This document shows, piece by piece, positions 25,598-32,000 of a stretch of DNA of 32,000 nt (positions are counted from its first letter, which is position 1; each line of letters starts with the position of its first letter). The position numbers and the translations under genes were made by a program. The stretch comes from Synechococcus sp. A15-28. GTDB lineage: Bacteria > Cyanobacteriota > Cyanobacteriia > PCC-6307 > Cyanobiaceae. The notes beneath the pieces were generated by a model, which was not told the DNA's origin, did no database searches, and saw nothing but the letters and a program-made list of their open reading frames with translations. The DNA is taken from contig NZ_CP047931.1 of the NCBI RefSeq assembly GCF_014280175.1, positions 270,001-302,000 of the forward strand. Reading direction: 5' to 3'.

Positions 25598-26748
25598 TGC
25601 CTAACAATCAAGCGGACGGCGACAGGATCCGCCGTGTCGCTGCTGCGTGCCGCGATCACCTGCAGCTCGAGAGGTTGGCTGTCGACGCGTTCCACCAGCT
25701 CAAGCCCCAGCGCGTTCAAGGCGTTGCCATCGAATTGGAGTCCCTCAGTGAGTGATCCCCGTCGTTGAACTTCCGCAAAGGCTGAGGCCAGCAGCAGGTT
25801 GAGACGGTTGCGGACCGCCTCTGATCCGCGTTCCTCTGGCTCGAGGGTGGTGGTGGCCAGCACCTCGTCGGGGCGGGTGATGGTTCGGTTCGGTTTCACA
25901 TCCGGGTAGGCATACACAACGGCCTCACCCCGCAGCACATTGCCCGCTGATCGCATCGACACGACCCAGGTGCCTGATTGGCGAAGGGTTTGTTGCAGCC
26001 TTTCCACATCGCTGCGGGGCACCAGCAGGATCTGGCGATCTGGGGTTTCCCCAGGTCTGACCCTGACGTAGGCGGTCTGGTTGGCTTCCTGCAGCAACCG
26101 ATCCACCACCTGTTTGGCCTGCTCTGGTTGCTCAAGCCGGACCGTGGCTGTCGCCAGGGGTTGCCCACTGCGCAGCACAACGGATCCACGGCGCAAGGCC
26201 AGAAGATCCTTCTCCAGGGATGTGAGTTCCTGTTCCCCAGCCTTGATTCGATCCCGCACACTGCGAAGTTCCGCTTCCGTGCGCTGAATGTCGAGGTCCC
26301 GGGCCTGGATGTCGGCCGTCAGTCGGTTCCGTTCCTGCTCCAGCTGAAGTTTCTGTTGTTGCAGTGGTTCAAGCTCCTGCCGCAGGGTTGCGGCCCGTCG
26401 CCGGGTGGTGATCAATTCCGCTTCGATCCGCTCCGTGGCTGATCTGGCGTCGCGCCGATCCGCTTCGGCTGCATCTAGGGCAGAACGGCTATCTCGGAGT
26501 TTGGCCTGCAGCGCATCGAGCTCGAACAGGCCAACCCGCAGCTGGCGGCTCACCAGAAGTAGAAGGCCCAGAGATAGGGCACTGATCAGGCTGCCGGTGA
26601 GCACCGTGATCAATACAGCGGTGCGACGAGGCCTCAGGTTGAACAGACTCAGCCGCGCCTTCCCCACACGACTGCCAAGACGATCACCCAGGGTCGACAG
26701 CACACCACCGAGGATCAGCAGGGCCAGAATCAGCAGCCAACCGCTCAT
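25594..26748 (-). CDS. Membrane-anchored coiled-coil protein (DUF3084-like, from memory)
   Basis: 384 aa. Two N-terminal TM segments are followed by about 130 aa of heptad-like, R/E/L/Q-rich sequence and then a globular C-domain. Confidence 0.75.
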   Translation of the reverse strand: MSGWLLILALLILGGVLSTLGDRLGSRVGKARLSLFNLRPRRTAVLITVLTGSLISALSLGLLLLVSRQLRVGLFELDALQAKLRDSRSALDAAEADRRDARSATERIEAELITTRRRAATLRQELEPLQQQKLQLEQERNRLTADIQARDLDIQRTEAELRSVRDRIKAGEQELTSLEKDLLALRRGSVVLRSGQPLATATVRLEQPEQAKQVVDRLLQEANQTAYVRVRPGETPDRQILLVPRSDVERLQQTLRQSGTWVVSMRSAGNVLRGEAVVYAYPDVKPNRTITRPDEVLATTTLEPEERGSEAVRNRLNLLLASAFAEVQRRGSLTEGLQFDGNALNALGLELVERVDSQPLELQVIAARSSDTADPVAVRLIVRQ

Positions 26749-26775
26749 CGCTCGCCCCCGCCATGGAGGCTGAAG

Positions 26776-27489
26776 TCAGCTGAACCGCTTGGCCAGGGCG
26801 ATGGGATCCAGCACCGTGATCTTCTTGCGGTCAATCTGAACCAGCCCGGATTGGCGCAAGTCTCCCAGCAGACGGGTGATCGTGACGCGTGTGGAGCCAA
26901 TGGCTTCGGCGATGGCCTGATGGGACAGACGCAGATCAATTGTGATCCCGAGCTCGTCCGGGACGCCGAAATCCCGGCACAGCACCAGCAGAAAACTCAC
27001 CAGACGAGACGACATGTCTCGATGGGTGAGGGTTTCAATCATCGTTTCGGTTTGCAGAATCCGGCTGGAAAGTCCTTGCAGAAGGCGCAGGCCGACACCG
27101 GTGTCCGCTTCGATGGCGGCACGGACCGAGGCGGCAGGGGCGGTCACCATCTCGACCCGCGTGAAAGCGACAGCGTGATAAAAGCGGTCGGAACGGTGTC
27201 CGGTGAGCAGAGACAGCACACCAAACAGGCTGTTTTCGCGCAGCAGCGCCACGGTGATCTCTTCACCGGATTCGTAAACCCGAGACAGCCGCACAGCACC
27301 GCGACGGATCAGATAAACCCGTTCAGCCGGATCCCCCGGGAAGAAGATCGTCTTGTTGCGTTCCACCAGCTCAGTGCTGGCTCCATCCAGATCACGGATG
27401 ACATCCAGAAGGGTGCGGCTGCGTTCAGCTGCACCTGATCCCTGCGGTTGTTGTGGTGAATAGCGACTGAAACCACTGCTGGCCACCAT
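26776..27489 (-). CDS. ntcA: Global nitrogen regulator NtcA (CRP/FNR family)
   Basis: [46 protein letters not shown] is the cNMP-like domain. The C-terminal HTH is [25 protein letters not shown]. Both are highly characteristic of NtcA. Confidence 0.95.
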   Translation of the reverse strand: MVASSGFSRYSPQQPQGSGAAERSRTLLDVIRDLDGASTELVERNKTIFFPGDPAERVYLIRRGAVRLSRVYESGEEITVALLRENSLFGVLSLLTGHRSDRFYHAVAFTRVEMVTAPAASVRAAIEADTGVGLRLLQGLSSRILQTETMIETLTHRDMSSRLVSFLLVLCRDFGVPDELGITIDLRLSHQAIAEAIGSTRVTITRLLGDLRQSGLVQIDRKKITVLDPIALAKRFS

Positions 27490-27510
27490 GGTTTCCTCGC
27501 AACTGTTGGG

Positions 27511-27552
27511 AAATTACGAATGCGCCATGACCCGCCATGTAGTCGTTATTAC
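27511..27552 (-). promoter_or_regulatory. Canonical NtcA-activated promoter of ntcA (GTA-N8-TAC, 22 nt, TAATTT)
   Basis: GTAGTCGTTATTAC at 27539-27552 has perfect palindromic ends. Exactly 22 nt downstream on the minus strand is TAATTT (complement of 27511-27516, TAN3T form). A GAGGAA SD follows, 3 nt before ATG 27489. Confidence 0.7.
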
Positions 27553-28298
27553 GAAATCCTCGAACCGGTGTCCGTCGCCAGGGCGAGACGCTGCCCACGC
27601 ATCAGCTCCTGAATGCCGGATTCAGCCAGGTTGAGCATGGCATCGAGCTCGGAGCGGCTGAACGGCGCCTGCTCCGCTGTCCCCTGCAATTCGAGCAGGC
27701 GGCCGTCGCCGGTGGTCACCACGTTGAGATCCACATCGGCACAGCTGTCTTCGCTGTAGTCAAAATCCAGCAGGGGCACGGCGTCGATCAGTCCTACGGA
27801 AACCGCCGCCAGTTGATGGCGGATCGGATCCTGCGACAACACGCCCTGGGCGAGGAGGCGGTCGCAGGCCCGTCGCAGGGCAATCCAGGCGCCGGTGATC
27901 GACGCGGTGCGGGTGCCGGCGTCGGCCTGGATCACATCGCAGTCGATCAGAAGGGTGCGCTCGCCCAGTGCCTCCATGTCGAGAACGGCCCGGAGACTGC
28001 GGCCGATGAGGCGTTGGATCTCCTGCGTTCTGCCGGAGAGTTTCATCAGTTCCCGGGACTGTCGTTGCGGCGTCGAACCGGGAAGCAGACGATATTCAGC
28101 CGTGAGCCAGCCGCAATGGCCGCCCCTGCGCCAGCGGGGCACGTCCTCCTCCAGGGAAACGCTGCAGAGAACAGCCGTTCGGCCCGTGCGCACGATCAGG
28201 GAACTCAGGGCGAAGGACATCGGATCCCAGTCCACGGAGAACGGGCGCAGCTCTTCTGCTCCCCGGCCGTCAGCCCGCGTGGGCGTGGATGCAGGCAT
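27549..28298 (-). CDS. rph: Ribonuclease PH
   Basis: RADGR...LRP, GW(L)TAEY(R)LLP(G)ST, RQSRE...GR(T)QEIQRLIGRSLR and DCDV(I)QADAGTRTA(S)ITGA motifs. Confidence 0.93.
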   Translation of the reverse strand: MPASTPTRADGRGAEELRPFSVDWDPMSFALSSLIVRTGRTAVLCSVSLEEDVPRWRRGGHCGWLTAEYRLLPGSTPQRQSRELMKLSGRTQEIQRLIGRSLRAVLDMEALGERTLLIDCDVIQADAGTRTASITGAWIALRRACDRLLAQGVLSQDPIRHQLAAVSVGLIDAVPLLDFDYSEDSCADVDLNVVTTGDGRLLELQGTAEQAPFSRSELDAMLNLAESGIQELMRGQRLALATDTGSRIS

Positions 28299-28356
28299 CA
28301 GCGCATGTCAGCTGATCCCAAGCCTGACAGGCGATGTCGTGGCTTGATGGAACGTC

Positions 28357-28372
28357 ACACCATGGATGGTGT
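28357..28372. promoter_or_regulatory. Inverted repeat ACACCAT-gg-ATGGTGT in the rph / cobO-like divergent spacer (possible operator)
   Basis: Two perfect 7-nt arms separated by 2 nt. The spacer is too short for a hairpin loop, so a dimeric protein site is the more natural reading. Confidence 0.2.
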
Positions 28373-28445
28373 CTGAACCCTTGTGGAGTGGCTTTGCACC
28401 GCTACATTCAAGGTCTGCCGGGTCTCCCGGGTGACTGCAGCCGAG

Positions 28446-29039
28446 ATGACCGCCAGCCTCACGACAAGCCATCGCTCCTCGGATTCCCCGGATCAAGACC
28501 ACAGGGCTCTCGAACGGGCTGGTCTTCGTCCGCTGGTGCCGGTCCGTCCACCCCTGCATCTGGTGGAACCGGAGGGGCAGCTGCAGGTCCACACCGCGAC
28601 CTATCGGGGCAGCTTTTCCAGTGTTCTCAGCCAGGCGATGCGTGCTGCTGGGCTCGGCAGCCGTGTGCTGATTGCACAGTTCCTCAAAGGTGGCGTGCAT
28701 CAGGGTCCTGAGGGTTGTGTGCGTCTCTGCGGAGGGCTGACCTGGCTTCGCCCGGATGTGCCGGCTTGTCTGTCGGAGGCCGGCCATCCCAGTGGTGCTG
28801 CGGCTGTTGATGGGGTCTGGCAGTTCTGCCGCAGCCATCTCCGCGATGGCGATATCGATCAGCTGGTCCTGGATGAAGTGGGCCTCGCCGTCGGTTTGGG
28901 CTACGTCGAGGAGGCGGAACTGCTGGAGGCCCTCGACCAGCGGCCGCCGGCGATGGATGTGGTGATCACGGGGCCCGCCATACCCCCGAGCATCGTGGCC
29001 ATGGCGGATCAGGTCACCCAGTTGCGCCGAGGTTTCTGA
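28446..29039 (+). CDS. CobA/CobO/BtuR-family (corrinoid adenosyltransferase-like) protein with a degenerate P-loop
   Basis: RVLIAQFLKG, LVLDEVG and VVITG family blocks are present. Where the family normally has G-x-G-K-G-K-T-T, this protein has TATYRGSFSS. ATG at 28446 is preferred over the track's 28383. Confidence 0.7.
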   Translation: MTASLTTSHRSSDSPDQDHRALERAGLRPLVPVRPPLHLVEPEGQLQVHTATYRGSFSSVLSQAMRAAGLGSRVLIAQFLKGGVHQGPEGCVRLCGGLTWLRPDVPACLSEAGHPSGAAAVDGVWQFCRSHLRDGDIDQLVLDEVGLAVGLGYVEEAELLEALDQRPPAMDVVITGPAIPPSIVAMADQVTQLRRGF

Positions 29040-29632
29040 TGCTCAAGAACGATCGCTGGATCACCGAACAGGCCGCTCAGGGCATGCTGGAGCCGTTCCA
29101 GAAGGGCTTGGTCCGCCATCTGGATCCCGACCAGAAAGCACGGCCGGTGCTGAGTTTCGGCTGTTCCTCCTACGGCTACGACCTGCGCCTGTCAGCGCAG
29201 GAATTCATGATTTTTCGCCATGTGCCTGGCACGGTGATGAATCCCAAGCGTTTCAATCCAGCCAACCTCGAACCGACACCCCTGCATGAGGACGAGGACG
29301 GTCGGTATTTCATTCTTCCGGCCCACTCATATGGGCTTGGGGTCGCGATGGAGAAGATGCGTGTTCCCCCCAACATCACGGTGATCTGCCTCGGCAAGAG
29401 CACCTATGCCCGCCTCGGCATCATCGTGAACACCACGCCGGCGGAAGCGAGCTGGGAGGGTCACCTCACCCTTGAGTTCAGCAACAGCTCCGGAGCTGAC
29501 TGCCGCATCTATGCCGAAGAGGGCATCTGTCAGCTGCTGTTCTTCGAGGGTGATCCCTGCGACACCACCTACAGCGATCGCCAGGGCAAATACCAGCACC
29601 AGCAGGAACGCGTCACCCTGGCCAGGATCTAA
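29039..29632 (+). CDS. dcd: dCTP deaminase
   Basis: MLKNDRWI..., SSYGYDLRL and the GxxG/E...LEF(S)N pattern are typical of Dcd. Its ATG overlaps the upstream TGA by 1 nt. Confidence 0.93.
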   Translation: MLKNDRWITEQAAQGMLEPFQKGLVRHLDPDQKARPVLSFGCSSYGYDLRLSAQEFMIFRHVPGTVMNPKRFNPANLEPTPLHEDEDGRYFILPAHSYGLGVAMEKMRVPPNITVICLGKSTYARLGIIVNTTPAEASWEGHLTLEFSNSSGADCRIYAEEGICQLLFFEGDPCDTTYSDRQGKYQHQQERVTLARI

Positions 29633-30351
29633 GGAGCCAGACGGGCGCGGTGCAGTCGGCTCTTTTCGTACCAGCCGGCGAATTCAGGTGCCCAGGCCAC
29701 CATGTGGGGCCACATCAGATCGCAAAGCTGGCGGATTTCCAGCTGGGCATCGAGCTTGGCCCGAAGATCCATGAAATGCAGAAAGGCCCGCAGGCTGAAG
29801 CTCACCACAAAGTGCTGGCGGTAGTCGAAAGGGAGGATGCCTCGGGCATGCTCTTCAGCGAAGCCTGCCTGCAGCAGGTCGCGATAGCGGCGAGCAGCAG
29901 CTCGGCAGAGATCGAGATCCAAGGACCGCTGGCTTTCGGGGTAGGCGTACTTCTTGCCCTGGCGATCGCTGTAGTCACCGACCGGTCGCAGGTAGAAAAC
30001 CTCCTCCAGATCCAGCTCCCCTTCTGCGGCGCGACAGATGCGCTCGCCGGTGTAGCGCATGGATTGCACATCGAAGCTGACCCCAACCCGGTGCGTGCGG
30101 GCCTGCTGCATCACCGAATGGGGAAACCAGCCCACATTCAGCACGATCTGGGCGTGCTCCATCGGTCCGTAATGACCGCGTTCGCCCGACAGAAGGCGTT
30201 TGACGCAGATCTCACCAGCCCGTTGTTCATCCGGCCAGTTGTCACGATCAGCCGCGACGAAACCCTCGCTGTAGTCCTGATGCATGGCCGCATACACGCA
30301 GAGCTGAGGGTTGGGTGTGGCAGCGATCAGATCAACCCGGAAGCGATCCAT
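29629..30351 (-). CDS. thyX: FAD-dependent thymidylate synthase
   Basis: ThyX signature RTHRVGVSFDVQSMRY (RHR..S....S.RY) plus GHYGPMEH. Its 3' end overlaps dcd by 4 nt (convergent). Confidence 0.93.
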   Translation of the reverse strand: MDRFRVDLIAATPNPQLCVYAAMHQDYSEGFVAADRDNWPDEQRAGEICVKRLLSGERGHYGPMEHAQIVLNVGWFPHSVMQQARTHRVGVSFDVQSMRYTGERICRAAEGELDLEEVFYLRPVGDYSDRQGKKYAYPESQRSLDLDLCRAAARRYRDLLQAGFAEEHARGILPFDYRQHFVVSFSLRAFLHFMDLRAKLDAQLEIRQLCDLMWPHMVAWAPEFAGWYEKSRLHRARLAP

Positions 30352-30428
30352 GGCGATGACGACGGGGCGGTGAGGTGATCATGCCGCTGATCGCAGCAGG
30401 CTGCCCGCGTGAATCCGTCGCGCCGTGA

Positions 30429-30983
30429 TCAACCGTGGCTGCGGGGCCCCGCCGTCAGAGAGGCCTGCAGAGGCGATTCGTCGTCTCGTTCACTCACACG
30501 GCCCAGCCCTTGCAGCGACGGCAGGGGGGACCCTTGGATCAGCGCATTGGCGAGGAGGGAAAGTTCCTCCTCCCGCCTTAGACCGATCGAGCGGCCGACC
30601 GCATCACCGTTGGCGTCAAACAGATTGAGTTGGGGGATGCCGTTGACGTCGTAGCGATCCACCAGATCCTGCCAGCGGGGATTGTCAACGTTCACCATCA
30701 CCACATCCAGCTGTTGTTGGGTGCTTCGTTCCAGCTTCAGCATGGCGGGGGCCATTTCACGGCAGACCTGACACCAGTCGGCGTAGAACTCCACCATCGT
30801 TGGGCGCCCATTGCTGAGGGCAACCTCCGGCTCGAGGGATTGCCTGGCCAGCTGTTCCAGCGGGGAAGCGCTCTGAAGTCCACCCCGCATCGTGCTGAGA
30901 ACCACCGCCAGGACGATGGCAGCCACCACGAGCACGATCCGTTCAACAGGTCCCAGCAAGGGTTGTGGAGAACTGCCTGTCAT
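30429..30983 (-). CDS. txlA: Membrane-anchored thioredoxin-like protein (TxlA/HCF164-like)
   Basis: An N-terminal TM anchor is followed by VEFYADWCQVCREMAP (WCxxC) and GIPQLNLFD. Confidence 0.85.
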   Translation of the reverse strand: MTGSSPQPLLGPVERIVLVVAAIVLAVVLSTMRGGLQSASPLEQLARQSLEPEVALSNGRPTMVEFYADWCQVCREMAPAMLKLERSTQQQLDVVMVNVDNPRWQDLVDRYDVNGIPQLNLFDANGDAVGRSIGLRREEELSLLANALIQGSPLPSLQGLGRVSERDDESPLQASLTAGPRSHG

Positions 30984-31047
30984 GGGCTTGTCAGGGTGTC
31001 AGTCCACTCTGGCAGTCGTCTTTCTGACCCGTGATTAGCGTGACTTC

Positions 31048-31548
31048 ATGGGTCGGTTTGGGCTGCTGAATCTGCCGCTGCGGGCGCCGATGATCGGTGT
31101 TCTGTTCGGCGTTGCTGTGGTGATGGGCCATCAGTGGTCCATGGCCCAGCAGCAGGTCGTTCAGTCGCGCACCGTCCCTCTGGAATTGCTGTTCGCAGCA
31201 GAAGCGATTCAGGTGCTGGTGGTTCTGGTGATCTGCACGATGCCGGAGTTGCTCATGCAGAGGATTTCCCTGGTGATGGCGTCCAGTCGGGTGATGACGC
31301 TGCTGGTCACGTTGTTGCTGGTGATCGTTCTTGGGATTTACTCGCTGCGGCTGAATTTTCTCTCCGATCTGCTGATCCTGGCGTCTGCGCTGTTGTTGGC
31401 GCGGCTTGACCTGGTTCGTCTCGGGGTTCTGACGGCCCCCCGGGGCTCACTCCTGTTGCTGGGGTTTGTTCTCTACGCCGGTATTGGACTCGGTCACTGC
31501 CTGCCGCATCCCCTGGACGGGGTCGCAAACGGGCCACTCACCGCCTGA
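31048..31548 (+). CDS. Hypothetical polytopic membrane protein
   Basis: 166-aa hydrophobic ORF with 4-5 predicted TM segments and plausible codon usage. Its last ~100 nt overlap the convergent SLT gene, which lowers confidence. Confidence 0.5.
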   Translation: MGRFGLLNLPLRAPMIGVLFGVAVVMGHQWSMAQQQVVQSRTVPLELLFAAEAIQVLVVLVICTMPELLMQRISLVMASSRVMTLLVTLLLVIVLGIYSLRLNFLSDLLILASALLLARLDLVRLGVLTAPRGSLLLLGFVLYAGIGLGHCLPHPLDGVANGPLTA

Positions 31549-32000
31549 GTAACTCAGGACGTTGTCGAGAACTTTTTTGGTGTAGTAACGCGTTTCGGCG
31601 TATGGAATGCGCTCCACCCAGAGCTCGATGGTCGGATCGCTCTTTGGCGAAGGCCAGGAGCTGACGGCGCCTGGCCCAGCGTTGTAACTGGCAATGCTGA
31701 GGAAGGCATTCCCTTCCCAGAGCTGAAGCAGCGATTTCAGGTACGCCGCTCCCAGCAGGATGTTGGTGGATGGGTTCGTCAGGTCTTGCTCCTGCAACGC
31801 TTCATCTGCGACGGAGGCGGCCGTGGAGGGCATCAGCTGCATCACGCCGACGGCGCCAGCCGTGGACCGCACGCCCGGTGAAAAGCGCGATTCCTGTTTG
31901 GCGATGGCCAGCAGCAAGGTTGGATCCACGCGGTGCCGTGATGATGCGGATTCGATGGCTTCTGGGAAGAAGACAGGGTTCTGACTCCGATGCAGCAACA
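31447..32000 (-). CDS. Soluble lytic transglycosylase (SLT domain) protein, C-terminal part (5' end beyond the window)
   Basis: LLLAIAKQESRFSPGVRSTAGAVGVMQLMPSTA (catalytic ES motif) and SIASYNAGPGAV. The frame is open to the window end. Confidence 0.85.
   Translation of the reverse strand, partial: LLHRSQNPVFFPEAIESASSRHRVDPTLLLAIAKQESRFSPGVRSTAGAVGVMQLMPSTAASVADEALQEQDLTNPSTNILLGAAYLKSLLQLWEGNAFLSIASYNAGPGAVSSWPSPKSDPTIELWVERIPYAETRYYTKKVLDNVLSYSGGEWPVCDPVQGMRQAVTESNTGVENKPQQQE

Noticed and set aside
11313-29969. HIP1-like octamer GCGATCGC at 11313, 13765, 29574 and 29962
   Set aside because: Four copies in 32 kb is only a mild excess over my rough composition-based expectation of about one. 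All copies lie inside coding regions. There is no evidence of a specific element.

Overview
This is a high-GC (about 60%), very gene-dense chromosomal segment. Its gene content and order match the conserved core genome of a marine picocyanobacterium (Synechococcus-like): sensor kinase, purH, ispH, amt1, sfsA, murJ, tRNA-Arg, glyA, cinA, leuC-leuD, an LptD-like protein, psbI, a GH38 mannosidase, psbN/psbH, tatA, pth, ntcA, rph, dcd, thyX, txlA and an SLT transglycosylase. All product calls rest on motifs I recognised in the translations; no database search was run. I found no transposase, integrase, CRISPR array, prophage, toxin-antitoxin or defence-island signature, and no compositional island, so I do not think the window holds a novel multi-gene system. 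Six points merit a second look. (1) A near-consensus promoter lies about 290 nt upstream of an uncharacterised 122-aa ORF, followed by a long hairpin-rich leader; it carries a GACGGAAG core and an anti-Shine-Dalgarno pairing, so it may be a glutamine riboswitch with a GS-inactivating-factor-like gene. (2) A textbook NtcA-activated promoter (GTA-N8-TAC, 22 nt, TAATTT) sits upstream of ntcA itself and overlaps the rph stop codon. (3) Two tiny photosystem II genes, psbI and psbN, are absent from the ORF track, and psbN overlaps the 3' end of the mannosidase gene. (4) A hairpin lies in the psbN-psbH spacer. (5) A CobO-like protein has a degenerate P-loop. (6) Convergent genes are packed unusually tightly, with one overlap of about 100 bp.
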